Origin: the human T2T-CHM13v2.0 reference genome, Homo sapiens
Reading direction: 5' to 3' (one strand)
Length of the DNA: 64,000 nt
Assembly (NCBI RefSeq): GCF_009914755.1
Contig: NC_060925.1
The translations under genes were made by a program, and so were the position numbers. Shown piece by piece: positions 12,476-28,132 of the stretch. Position 1 is the stretch's first letter. Each line of letters starts with the position of its first letter. The notes under the pieces are model-generated. The model searched no databases and had not been told where the DNA came from. It saw only the letters and a program-made list of their open reading frames with translations.

Positions 12476-13974
12476 CCCTGCCACACCCACTGAGGGACTG
12501 TGCATTTGCGCTTTGCCTGTCCGGTTTCACTCATACAAGTTCCCCGCCTGGCCCCTGTCCCTGTCGGCATTCGGAGCTGGTATCCTTGGTGAACAGTAAT
12601 AACAATTTAGAATTCTTGAATCACAGGCATAGACTCTTAGAATCACAGGCATAAACACTTAGAATTATAGAATGTTAGAATTCATTACTTCATTCACTAG
12701 CTATTTTCTGAATGCTCCATTTGTGCCCTGCGCTGTGACGGGACTAGAGGATTGAAGAAGGCAAGTGTGATTTCCACCCCCGTGGGCAGTCCATTCCAGA
12801 ATCATGGTAACTCAAGAGTTGAGGGGCCCGGGAAGGGCTTCTCAGCTTTATCTTTTCATTTTCCCAGAGGAAGAGGGAAGGGCAGGCTTGTGGAGGGCCT
12901 GGCATGGGAGGGGAGGTCAGGAGCATGAATTGGGAAGATTCTTCTGATTCAGGGAGAAAATCAGTAAGAAAGCATGGCTAGAGAGTGGGTCCTCGTCCCC
13001 GTCCCATGGAGCTCAGTCCGCACAGCGTCCTAATTGCCTTAAAGTAGCTGCTCTTGCCCCAGGAGATCCACCCGGCTATGAGTTGGTGCCAGGAAGGCCA
13101 TTGCAGAGAAAGGCAGGCGTGGAGTGTCCTCTGCCAGAGGCTGCCTGAGCTCCATGGAAGGAGGCCAGTGTGGCAGTGAGGTGCCTGGCTGCCCGCCCCT
13201 CCCCTCACTCCTCTAATAACCACCATTTCTGTCTCCACCAATTCTGGGACACCCACCTGCAGGTTCAAGACCACTCACACTTGGGCACTGATGGGCCTCT
13301 ATGGGGTCATGGAAGGAGCCCTCAGGCAGTGGAATGTCTCAGGTGACCCCTGCCAAGGGGCCAAGCCCAGCTTTTGTTGCTTAGCCTCCTCCAAGGAAAA
13401 CCCTCCCTGGGAAAGTTCTGATGATCACCACCTCTGACCAAGCCATACTTCCTGTAAGCACCAGAAAGAAAGTGATTCCAGGTTCTATTATTGAACTTTA
13501 CACTATCGTTTCAACAAAATAAAGTATATGGCTTTTAATGTTCAACTTTCTTAGTTATGAGATTTTATTTTTAAAGTAAATGTGCTCTTTCAGCTGAGTC
13601 AACTTAAGGAACTGAAATTACATTGTGTGCCAACCTTATTGTTATATATTTCATGCATATATGGTTCATGCATATGGTTTTAAAAATATTAGGAATAAAA
13701 AGTAGTGGCTCCTTGAACCTCTCACCCTGACTTCTGCTCCTCAGAGGTAACCAATTTTCATTTGTTTAGCTGTGACTCCTACTCATTCCCTCATAAAGCT
13801 AAATAATATGTTTGTACCACTATCTCCTAACTTCCTGCTGTGATGCTTATTTCTATACTAATCCATCTCCCCTTCTTCAGATATTATTATATTTGTAGTT
13901 CTTCTTTTGGTTGCCTTGGACACTTTACTTAATGTAATCATACACTTATTTCTGTAAAAGTAATGCTACATGTT

Positions 13975-14200
13975 TTCAGATACAGGGAATTACATTTGCT
14001 GGCTCATGTAACTGGAAAGTATGGGGAGTAGAGCTCACTTGGTTTCTGGCTGGACCTGAGGCTCTGTCTCCTTCCTTGCATTTCTTATCTCCACTTTCCT
14101 CTGTGCTGATCTCATTCTCAGGCAAGCTTTCTCCATGTTGCAGGAAAGATGCTTAAGCTACTTGGGTTCTATCCCTTCCAATGAGAGGGACTGCCTAAAA
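13975..14200 (-). mobile_element. MLT1J-like LTR fragment
   Basis: tggctcatgtaactggaaagt...ctcattctcaggcaagctttctccatg. Confidence 0.6.
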
Positions 14201-14329
14201 TAAGCCAAATTCAAGGGACCAACCCAAATACCTAAAGGGAAATGAGGCCTGGAACTGAGACATGGGTCACATTTGCTGAGGCCAAGCCCCTGACTGCCCA
14301 AGGCCCTGGGGATTTCCATGTGAGCCAAG

Positions 14330-14945
14330 ACCAACACAGTCTCTGATCTCATGGGGTAGATAGGTCTAGTATGACAGACAGACAGATGCCACAGAATATC
14401 ATAAATTAGCATGAATTTCCAACTGTCATAACTACTATGAAAGAGAGGGCTGAGGTGCTATAAAGGCATGTCAATATGGGGAATTGTCTTGTCACAGGAG
14501 GTCAGATAGGACATCCCTGAGGGGAGGACGACTGAGCTGAGATTAAAGAGTGAGAAGTGGACTGAGGAATTGGGGTCAGGGGAACATTGCAGCAGAGAGA
14601 ACAGCCATGCAAAGGCCCTGTGGCAGAAAGAAGGGTGTCACTCAAAGGAGACTAAAGATACATGAAGATCTGGAGATTGGTGGGGAGGGAGATGGACATG
14701 TTAGGTATTAATTATCCCAGAAAGGGAAGGAGAATGGATGTGATAGTGCAGGGCTGTGCAGATCAACATACTAGGTCTATTTCATATCCTGAGAGAAAAG
14801 GAGTCATAGAGCAAGGCAAGAAAGACCAGGGAAAGGGAAGAAGTAACCAGTTATGTGTTTTAGGAATATTCCTGGGCTGCCATATTGGCCACAAATTGCA
14901 ATGTGGAAGTAGTGGAAGCTGAGAACTCGGCTAGGAAGTGGCTAC
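14330..14945 (-). mobile_element. L2 fragment
   Basis: ccctgaggggaggacgactgagctgaga; gagaacagccatgcaaaggccctgtggcag. Confidence 0.65.
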
Positions 14946-15059
14946 TTCTGGACAGGCCCCTAAGCTAAGGAAGGGTCTCCTGTTGCCCCGGCTCATGCAC
15001 CTGCCCCCTGAGCCAGCAGACAGGAATCATCCTCTTTTGAAAGAATCCAACATCTTTAT

Positions 15060-16042
15060 AAAAGCAAATAAACAAAAACCTTTCACGATGTCCAGGATAA
15101 AGTCGAAAATTATCAGAAATATGAATAATATAAAAATGTGAACCAAAATTAGGAAACTGATAATCAATGAAGAACAATCTTAAAATAATCCAGATGTTAG
15201 AATTACCAGACACAGATTTTAAAGCAGGTATTATAATTAACTGAAGGTTGTAAAATATATATATTCTCAGAATAACAAATGAAAAGATAGGAAATCCCAA
15301 CAGTGAAATAAAAACTATAAAAATGAACCAAATGAAAATTATAGAACTGAGAAATATAATATTCTAAAAATTTCTAGATGATGTAATCAAAAATTGAAGG
15401 TAGAAGAAAGAACAAGGAAATTCCAGATTTGGTGAAAGACAGATATTTACAGATTGAAGAAACTCAGCAAACCCAAACTGGGATGAATGCAAAGAAAATT
15501 ATACCAAGGCATGTCATAGTCAAACTGCTAAAAACCAAAAAAAGATTTTAAAAAATTGAAAGCAGTTAGAGAAAAATGACACATTACATAGATGGAAGAA
15601 GCATGTTGATTGGTTGCTGACTTCCAATAAGAAGCAGTGGAGGCCAGAAGATAGTGGAATGACATATTTAAATCATGAACAACACAGAATTCTATACCCA
15701 GCAAAAATATCACTCAAAAGCAATAGTGAGATGAAAACATTTCAGATAAAAGAAAACTAAGATAATTTATTAGCAGTAGATCTTAACTGCTGTAGAACAG
15801 AACTGCTATACAACTGTCAAGAACTTAACTGTTAGTTAACTCAATGTATAAGAAATGCTAAAGAAGGTTTTTTAGGCTGAAGGAAAATGTTAACAGAAAT
15901 TCAAATATTCAAGGAAGTAATAAAAAAAGAGAAATTATAAATGTATGGATAAATATTAATATAAAATTCTATTTCTCATTTTATTTTCTTTAAGATACAT
16001 TAGATTATTTAAAGCAAAGCAATACAGTATTGCATTGTGGAG
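15060..16042 (+). mobile_element. Old L1M ORF1 region
   Basis: atccagatgttagaattaccagac; tttacagattgaagaaactcagcaaaccc; catagtcaaactgctaaaaacc; gtggaggccagaagatagtggaatgacatattt. Confidence 0.75.
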
Positions 16043-16618
16043 TTTTTTTTCTTTTTTTTTTGCCCAGTCTCTTCTGTATGTGTATATACATTTAATTATA
16101 CTTTAAGTTCTAGGGTACATGTGCACAACGTGCAGGTTTGATACACAGGTATACATGTGCCATGTTGGTTTGCTGCACCCATCAACTCATCATTTACATT
16201 AGATATTTCTCCTAATGCTATTGCTCCCCCAGCCCCCCACTCCCCGACAGGCCCTGGCGTGTAATGTTTCCCGCTCTGTGTCCAAGTGATCTAATTGTTC
16301 AATTCCCACCTATGAGTGAGAACATGTGGTGTTTGGTTTCCTGTCCTTGTGATCATTTGCTGAGAATGATGGTTTCCAGCTTCATCCATGTCCCTGCAAA
16401 GGACATGTACTCATCCTTTTTTATGGCTACATAGTATTCCATGGTGTATATGTGTCACATTTTCTTAATCCAATCTATCATTGATGGACATTTGGATTGG
16501 TTCCAAGTCTTTGCTATTGTGAGTAGTGCATCAATAAACATATGTGTGCATGTGTCTTTATAGTAGCATGATTTATAATCCTTTGGGTATACACCCAGTA
16601 ATGGGATTGCTGGGTCAA
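16043..16618 (-). mobile_element. L1PA6-like 3' end with poly(A) and a short 3' tag (non-inverted half of a twin-primed insertion)
   Basis: T tract 16043-16061, non-L1 16062-16090, then ttatactttaagttctagggtacatgtgcac...gctgggtcaa; older-subfamily diagnostics. Confidence 0.9.
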
Positions 16619-19745
<3,127 letters not shown>

Positions 19746-19817
19746 CAAATGCTGTAGGTCTGAGGAGGTAAAAGGGCCTAGCAGAGTCATCCTCAATAAA
19801 GACCCACAGCCAATATC

Positions 19818-20017
19818 ATGCCAATCTCCAGAAACACCCTCAGAGGCACACCTGGGGCAGCCCAATCATTCCAATCAAATGCCAAACCACCTGCAGTTCC
19901 CTTTCAGCAGAAGAGGCACAGGCTGTGTCTACTGAAGCACTGAGAATAATTAGTGCTTTCCCAGCTCTCCAGGTATCCCTTAACCCAGTCACACTGACGT
20001 GCAAATCAACCAGCACA
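19818..20017 (-). mobile_element. MLT2 (ERVL) LTR 5' portion
   Basis: atgccaatctccagaaacaccctcagaggcacacc...atcccttaacccagtca...aaccagcaca. Confidence 0.7.
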
Positions 20018-20619
20018 GGTAGTGACGATCATTCTGTGCAGAGGCCACAGGGACCCTGGGATCCAGGATAAACAAACCCTCTTCAAACACAGCTCTCATG
20101 GGCTGAGGTCCCAGATTTCCATTCTGACTCTCCACTAGCCTAGGGTGCAGCCCTGGGCAAGTCACTTCCCTTCCCTGGGTCTTAGTCAGAGGACAGAGGG
20201 GCATTTGCTGACCCTGTGGCCTGGGGCAGGTGCCCTCACCTGAATGTGGGAAGGCTGGTAGGACCAGGGTGGTTGTAAGTAACAGAGAAGACAGGAGTTC
20301 CTAAACCCAGCGCCGCCTTCTCCAGCCCCACCTCCTTAAAGGGCCCTCTCTCTCCAGAGCACACCAGTGAACTCGCACTTAGGCAGAGAGTGCCCCTCTT
20401 GCATGGTGCAAAAACTGCTCCCTCAAAGGCAGTGCAGGTACTTCGGTGGGTGCTGCAGGGGGAGCATTGTGTAGATGAGGACCCCACCCACCCTTCAACC
20501 AGATTAGGCCAGGGGAGGCCACTCTGACTCCCCCACTCCTAATCATGTAAGGGGGAGGTGGCTGATGTTGCCTGTAGCTCTGACTCCTAGGATCAAGCAC
20601 AATGTGCACAGTGGATGCT

Positions 20620-21280
20620 CTGGCTATCCCTGACATTTAGGGGATCCAGGGCAAGAGCACAAATGGACATCCACATTCCCAAATACTTAAAATGATAAAC
20701 CAAATGAACAAATTGGTGAACGAAAGATGTCCTACCCTTTTCCCTTAGCAAATGCAACTTTATAACAACCTAGGAGGCCAGTTTTCAATTTAAAGTTCTC
20801 AGGCCCCCTGGGGTCCCACCCCAGCTGTGGAGGTGCAGGGAGAACCAGCCTTGGCCCCTCCTTGACCCACTCCCTTCTTTTCCTACCCCAGGTCCCTCCC
20901 ACACCATGAGGGGCTCACATGCACGTAGACACCAGTGCAAGTGTTCAAACTCCTTTCATAACCCCCCAAAACAGCTGGCCACTCCTCAGGCCTGGGTGTG
21001 CACTGACAGAGCAGGCCACCCTCAGGAGGATGGACCCAGGAATGAGGCCCACCTGGGCTCAGGAAGTGGGCTTTGGGATATCTGGGCAGGGAATGCTGCA
21101 GTCCCAGGTATCAGGCAGTGATCTGGAAGGGTGGGAGGTGTCAGGTAGACTCCAAGTGAGCACAGCATCCCTTTGGCTCCATGGATTCCTTGTCCCTTGA
21201 GGAGATGCATGGACAGAGTAGGGTCCTCTGAAGTGTGGGACCCAGGGAGCAGGCCTCTTGCCCAGGTCTGAGGATGGTGT
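20620..21280. mobile_element. Probable old hAT-Tip100-type DNA element (ORSL-2-like)
   Basis: Reverse strand ccatcctcagacctgggcaagagg...ggtcccacacttcagaggacc resembles Tip100-family ends; identity uncertain. Confidence 0.35.
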
Positions 21281-22349
21281 GAAATCAGCCCTGCTCCACT
21301 AGCCAGGCTGTCTCCCCAGCTCTACGGTGGGATGGACCCAAGAGGCTGTTTCAAGCCACTAGGGAGAGCAAGACTCAAAGACCCCATTCCAAAGGCCATG
21401 GGCAAGGGTCCAGGGACAGGACCCGAGTTAGGGCATGGAGGCCTAAGAATAGAGTCAGATAGAAAACGGGCCTGGGCTCCAGGAAGCCGTACAGGTGAGA
21501 GGGTACTGATGACCTGGCTGCTTTACCTGGCGACGCAGGGCTGACAGACCCACATACACTGCATCGCTTCCCCAGGTGTCACAGTTTAAAGTGGAAGCCG
21601 TGAGCACCAGTTAGGAGCAGGTCATTACAGACAGCTCTGCAGCAAAACAATTCAGCCCTGCACTGTAATGGCCCCATGAAACTGCCTGGGTTTACACACT
21701 CACAGAGACATATTTCATGCCGCAAATGAGTATGTCTTTAGGAGCCACAAATTTCTAGGAGTTCATGTATTCCTAGAATCATCACTCTTTTGATAGCTTC
21801 CATGAGACAGAAGAATAAGTAAGGATGTTGACATTTAAAGAAAACAGAAGGGGGTAAAATGGAAAGACTCACATTGCGGAAGTTCTGCTTTTTACATAAT
21901 ATATCTTCAGAGTACTTGCTGCATTTTCCCAAATTGTCAAAGATGAGTCCCTCTCTCGTGAGGGCGGCCTGGAGAGGGTGATGCCGCCTCAATTGCTCAT
22001 GGAGACAGAAAGCAAGCCCCTGACACGTCTGCGCTCTTGTCATTCACCAGGTAGAGGAAAATAGCAGTTTCAGTTGGATTCACAAGGTCGTGAGCACAGA
22101 GAATCCATTTCTGCACACCAAGCTCAGACCAGACCCACACTGTCAACCTGGGTAGGGAGTGAGAAAGAAGGTATTGGGGGCAGAGAGAAACAGCTGTCAT
22201 GTGGGATTCTGGAAGGGACAGCCAGAACGAATGATAGCTGTGGGAATGACAACCCCCTCCTTCACTGTCTAAAAGGTCCAGACTTCACTGTCTAAAAGGC
22301 CCCAGCAGATCCCCCAGCTCGGGGTGATACCCACTGCCTTTGATCAGGC

Positions 22350-22560
22350 GTGTTCTGTACCAGGCCCTGTGCGAGGCACTTGATGAGGATTATCACCCTG
22401 AGTCCTCCCCGCAAGTTGGAGGAAGGTGCTATTAGCATCCCCATTTTGAGAAGAAACTGAGGCTCAGGGAAGGAGAGGGACTTGTCCCAGGTCACATAGC
22501 CAGCAGGCAGTGGAGCAGGACACAAATCCCAGATGTGCAACTGCGGAGCCCACAGTCCTG
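22350..22560 (-). mobile_element. MIR
   Basis: atccccattttgagaagaaactgaggctcagggaagg...gacttgtcccaggtcacatagccag. Confidence 0.85.
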
Positions 22561-22629
22561 ACCCCTGGGTAGTCCTGGCCGGGGGATGGGGAGGGAGCCC
22601 GTCTATCAGGCGCTGGGCTGAGCATGTTA

Positions 22630-22758
22630 CCCATTTATGCCTAGTGATCCATTATTGGAATGCTAAGCTCGTGGGCGTTATTTATATCCTACTGCTCAAG
22701 GTCATTGCCAAAGTCTGATTTTTCACACAAAAGACTTGCAACCTCTGGCGTAAATGGG
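22630..22758. mobile_element. MER85 (PGBD3-derived piggyBac MITE)
   Basis: TIRs cccatttatgcc / ggcgtaaatggg; internal atatcctactgctcaaggtcattgcc; decayed TTAA flanks. Confidence 0.9.
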
Positions 22759-24904
22759 TTGTTATCTCACTCCCCACTGCAGTCCTGGGAGAGGGTATTC
22801 TTATCCCCAGCCCTGGCTCAGAGCAGTGAGGTCACTGGCCGCCTGGGGCCACGGAGCCTGTGCATGGAGCAGGGTCCAATTCCCTCCACTCACTCCACAC
22901 CCAGGGGCTCTTCTCTGCAGAGAGTGGCCCCTGGGACACAGTATTTCCTGGGCACCCTGCCCCTCTCTCCCTCCTGTGCCTGCCAGCATTGGGGCTCCCA
23001 CCCCTTACCCTGGTGCTGCTGCCCAGCCCCCTCCTGGGCTTGCTCTGCTCCTGGGCCACCTGCTGAGCTCACTCACCATCTCCAGAGCATCTCTGCCTGG
23101 TCTGAGAGGAGTCTCTGCTGCTGGGCTGATGGGAGAGGGGCCGGCTCACCCCTTGCAGGCAGCGTGAGCTTTAACAGGTGCCTCCCGGAGACAGCGCACT
23201 CGGCTGCAGTGGCCACACACAACTTCTTAAGAGTTGGACCTGGGCTACCATGTTGTCCAGAGGCGCAATGCCCTGGTCAGGGGACAGAGGTGGTGGGAGA
23301 GAGAAAGAGTCTCTCGTCTGTGGTAAGGGTCTCTGACTGTGTGAGCTTGGAAAGGTCACTCTCCCCCACCAGCACCTGATGCCCTCCCCAACTGCCCAGA
23401 CCTCAGTATCTCTGACTGTAAGTTTGTGCAGCTGGGTTAGCTCAAGGGGCCTTCCTAACCCCAATTCTCTTTGAGTCCTTGAGCCCCAGATGAGGGGTTC
23501 CATTACATTCTCACAATCCAGGATGGCCTGGGCCCCTGGGAGTTCAGGGAGCACACGAGAGAGGCTGAGAGAGGCCTGAGGTCCAGGCTCTTATGCCTTG
23601 GAGCTGCCAGCATCCCTCACCTGCTCACAGGTGGCACATCATACCTGTGGCCCACTATTTACTATCTTATTCTCTGAAGCTTCAGGCCCTGCTTAGACCA
23701 ACCTGCTCCTCTGAAGCTCCTGAGTCCTCTCCCATTCACTGCCATACTCCACCCCTCAAACCTGACACTGGGCGCATCAGCTCCAGCCCCTCCCACCTTT
23801 GGGGGCAACTCAACTCCATTTTCTTCCTTATTCCCCAGAAAATAGGCCCTCCCTGGCTGACTGGGATCCCAGGACACCCCCTAACCCCCACCCAACCCTC
23901 TTTCTAGCCCTGAAGCACCAGGTCCCACAGAAAGATGCAGTTGTCCTCATTGCAGACTGCACAAGGGGATTTGAAAACCAGAGCCATGATGTGAGGTTCA
24001 GCCCTTGAATTGAGAGCCTCGAGACCTGCTTTTCTTCCTCCCCCATCCGGCAACGCATCTGGAGGGGTTGTTGATTTCACATGACTAGAAACCCAGATGT
24101 GTTTGTGCTTTGGCTGGGTTTCTGTGGCTCTTCCCACAGCCAATCTCTTCTATTTTCTTTCCGGCCCCCAGCCTCCCATTGTGGTGCCCACAGGCTTTCT
24201 CTTCCTAATGCATCCTTTCACATTCCTGCAATTGCTTTTGGTCCCAGCAACGCAGGCTTCCAGCTTTGCAAAAGTGCCTATGCTCCACCCTTGGAGGGTA
24301 GATCCACACCTACCTTCAGCCTCCTCCCACCCAGACAGACTCCCTGATTTCCTAAGCCCCAGTCAAGATGAAATAGCATGTTTTCTGTGAGAGAAAGGTC
24401 TTTTCCATCATCATTCATGTGGCTCTTGCTGAAGTCCATGAACCAGCCCAGGGGGCCCACTTGCCATGTCTACTAGTAAACACACTCCCAACAGAGAGAT
24501 GCAGGCAAGGAGACATGATGACCATCATAGTGACATTGGCAGGAGCCAACAACTACACCATGGCAATCACCGGGCAGGCCGCTGAGCTGGGATCCCTTGG
24601 ACGTGGCCTGTTTCCTCTCAACAATGCTAGGAGGGTGCTGGCGTTGGCTGCACCAACTCGGCTAGGCACAGCTCCATTCTCTCTTCTCCTGTGTTTCTCA
24701 TTATGAGGGGTGCACTCACAAGAGTTGGTGGCAGAATAACAACACCCATGTTTTAGTAGCCACGTTGTTGCTGATCTGCCGACCCGCCGAGCACAAGGAG
24801 TTGGGCCTGCAATTGCTCTCCATTCTCTCCAGATCCTGCCCCACTTCTTTCCAATCTCCTATTGGCTCTGCTCCTCTGGTTGAGCCCTGACTGATACATA
24901 CAAA

Positions 24905-25649
24905 GTGGGAACTATTAATATCTCTATTCTACAGTTTAAAAGTGGAAAGGAATTTTGCCCCAGAATGGGCCATATGAGGAGTCTCACTAGATACCTGTTT
25001 TAGATGATTTTGATGATGAGATTTGGGGCTTTTGAGCTGAAGAGATTTAGATGAGATTTTGCACTTTGAGTTGATGCTGTAATGGGTGGAGACTTCAGGA
25101 GATGTTGGGACAAATTGAATGCATTTTGCATTTGGAATGGATGGGAATCTTTGGAGGGCAGAGGGCAGACTGCGGTAGGCAGAATAATGGCCCTCAAAAG
25201 ATATCCACACCCTATATCCCTGGAACCTGTATATATGTCGCCTTACATATCAAAAGGGACTTTGTGGCTGTGATTAAATTAAGGATCTGGAGATGGAGAG
25301 ATTATCCTAGATTTTCCAGATGGGCCCCATGTAATCACAAAGGCCTTATAAGGGAAAGAGGGAGGCAGGAGAGTCAGAAAAAGAGATGTGATGACAGAAT
25401 CAGATCAAATGATGTGGGGCCATGAGCCAAGGCATGTGTGCAGCCTTGAGAAGATGGAGATGGAAAAGACAACAAAGGAAAATCAAGGGGAAAAAAGGCA
25501 AGTTCTCCTAGAAACTCCAGAAGGAGTGGAACTCTACTGACCCATTTGAGACTCCTGATCTCCAGTACTTGAGGATGATAAATGTGTGTCATTTCAAGCC
25601 ATTAAAATTGTGGTGGTGATTTATTATAGCAGCAGAGGAAACTAATAAA
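24905..25649 (+). mobile_element. MLT1-int 3' end plus MLT1D-like LTR (LTR 25171-25649)
   Basis: PPT ggagggcagagggcagac, then tgcggtaggcagaataatggccc...agcagcagaggaaactaata. Confidence 0.85.
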
Positions 25650-26145
25650 GATCTGAGTACTGTCGAGCTCGCTTAATCACATCACATACGTTGATATGCC
25701 AGTGGGGGTTCATGTCTAACCAGATGCTCATTCAAACACCAAAGAGAATACCCACTCCCCGGGACCTGCAGACACACTCCTGCCACACTAACCAGCACAC
25801 ATCCCTGTGTGCACTGATGAAAGACCTGCATTTGTGCACGGATGGGTGTGCCCTGTGTATACCAAGGATGCCCTCCCCTGTATACAGCTGACCCTGGTCC
25901 CTAGGCACTCTGGATCCTGCCTGGCACTGGGCTCTGGGACGAGCCCATTTTCTGTACACCTGTAAAACCTCCATCTAGGAGTCCCATTCCAAGCTCAAGG
26001 GTGCTGTTGTGGAAATGCTAAGAAATGCATTCTTTCTGTCTCTTTCCTCAACAGTAAAGCTCTACAGACACTGGAGGGACTTCACAAGTTTTGCCTCTTC
26101 CTCTTGTTAATTTGATTTGCCCTTTGACGAAGACCCTAATACAGT

Positions 26146-26318
26146 GAGTGGAGTGCTGGCAAAAAAAAAAAAAAAAAAAGCCCTGATGTGCCAGTTTCTG
26201 TGGTATAGATATTTCCACCATGGTCAATTTCAAGCTGTCAATGGTTTAACAACTGGCTCGGAAAATTTAATATTTGGCTCTCAGTTGGGTTTTGTGAACT
26301 CCAATGCATGCCCACTGC
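26146..26318 (-). mobile_element. MER63A-like hAT-Blackjack element
   Basis: gtgctgg(A)n gccctgat...ccaccatggtcaatttcaagct...tttaacaactggctc. Confidence 0.75.
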
Positions 26319-27024
26319 CCAGCCTGAGAAGTCAGCCTCACTCCAGCAGCAGAAAAAGACAAAAAACTGCAATTGTTTGGGCTTAATCAACTCCAAACAC
26401 AGAAAGACAGTCATGAGGAAAGGAGGCCCAGGTTTGAGAGAATGTGAATTATATTCTCCTGGAGCTTTATTGCCCTCAGTTACTGGTCTTATTTGTGTTA
26501 TCTTTATTCATTCTTGCAAATTAAATCAGCACTGTCTTTCCAATCTCATTCTCCCAGCAGAATTAAACCACAGCAGTAGAGTGAATTGGTCATAATGAAG
26601 GTGTTTAGCACACTTTTGGCCTCTGCTCCCCGCATCTTAAAGTTCCATAACCCTGAAAAATACCAGACAGGCACACCTCCTAGGGAAAGTGGTTTGGGGC
26701 ATTGGGTGAGATGCTTGCCTCTTCCTTATCAAGAGGGGAGAGGGGTCTGCAATGCCAGATCCAGGGGTACTTCTCCAGCTACAGGAGCATTCTGTGCCTC
26801 ATTTGTCCCAGCAATGAAAACCTGGTATCAGTATAAAAAACACAGGCCCCCGGGGGCTAGAATTTTAAATACGCACTGGCCTCAAACATGTTGCTAGGTG
26901 AACTCACAAACTGGCAGCAGGGAAGATGAAGAGCAAGAAGGAGAGTTTAGCTGGAGTGGCCTCTTTTTAAAGCTGGAATGATCTTTGAGGCATTTTACAG
27001 CCCTCTGATCTGGCAACCCTCCAC

Positions 27025-27198
27025 TCCAGAGGTTGCCAAATCTGCCTGCCCACTCACCTGTGAGACAGGTTAAAATACAGATTCCTGGAGCACAGAATAT
27101 AACTCTCCGGGACTGGCCTGGGTACCTTTATTTTCCACAAAGTCTCCTAATGGTGCTGATGCAGCTGGTCTACAAATATAGATTTAGAATCTGCTGCT
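27025..27198. mobile_element. MER5-like hAT-Charlie element
   Basis: ttaaaatacagattcctgg...ctgatgcagctggtc...ttagaatctgctgct. Confidence 0.55.
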
Positions 27199-27489
27199 TT
27201 GACCCAAAGCTTCTTGACTTGGGCCATCCAAGTCTTGTGGCAGACAAGACCCATGCTCTCCCCTATCAGGGTCTCCTCTCCTCTCCTTTCTGAGTGCATG
27301 AAAACTACACTTCCCAGTTTTCCCTGCAGGTAGGCAGGCCACGAACCACTTCCAGCCCGTCGGAAAGAGACATGTATTACTTCTGGGCCAAGGAAGGGAA
27401 AGGTCCCTGCAGGCCTCCTGGCTCTCTCTTCCCTGTTGTGGAAAAGTATGGAGGCTTTGTATTAAGGTGGGCAAGACACAACATTACAG

Positions 27490-27635
27490 CAGCCTGGATC
27501 CCTGGGTCACCCAGGACAGCAGCCTCTGAGTGTCACCTGACATACAGTAGAGTTTATCACAGAAGAAAGTAAACTGCAGGTGTTAAATTACTGAGATTCC
27601 AAGGTTGTTTGTTACTGCAGCATGAGCCTAGCCTA
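27490..27635 (+). mobile_element. MLT1 LTR 3' fragment
   Basis: ctgagattccaaggttgtttgttactgcagcat...cctagccta. Confidence 0.6.
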
Positions 27636-27810
27636 GGATCATTAGATCCCTATCCCTTTGAGAATCTGGTAATTCTGCCCAGGAAAGTGCTTAGATACCT
27701 GTAAACATTATTGCCTGGTGAGGTGTCAGAGCCCTGGCATCAGAAAGTGGGTGACTCACAGGTTGGTTAGAAGAATTTACCGACAACAGTATAGGTTTAA
27801 AAGGAACGTT

Positions 27811-28132
27811 TTCTGTTTTTGTTTTTTCCATGCAAATATATACAGCTGTATTTTCATGGCATCTGCTTACTTGATGACATTCTGACATTCTAGAATGACA
27901 TTCTGACATTCTAGCAACATTCCTTGCATCTTTTAAAAAAAATATTATTTTATTTTAAGTTCCAGGATACATGTGCAGGATGTGCAGGTTTGTTACACAG
28001 GCAAACGTGTGCCATGGTGGTTTCCTGCACCTATCAAACCATCACCTAGGTATTAAGCCCTGCATGCATTAGCTATTTATCCTGATGCTCTCCCTCCCCC
28101 AGCCCTCACCCCCTAGACAAGTGCCAGTGTGG
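27811..28132 (-). mobile_element. Short L1PA8-10-like 3' end with ~100-bp 3' transduction
   Basis: TSD aaaggaa(c/a)gtt at 27800-27810/28133-28143; T-rich tail 27811-27827; non-L1 27828-27930; L1 ttttaagttccaggatacatgtgcagg 27945-28130. Confidence 0.8.

Noticed and set aside
13004-13157. Perfect 13-bp inverted repeat (ccatggagctcag) as MITE ends or a hairpin
   Set aside because: There is no TSD or extended pairing, and about 0.2 such pairs are expected by chance in 64 kb.
22660-23379. 239-aa ORF as a protein-coding gene
   Set aside because: It starts inside MER85, shows no recognisable domain, and has the Pro/Ser/Leu/Gly-rich composition typical of chance ORFs in GC-rich DNA.
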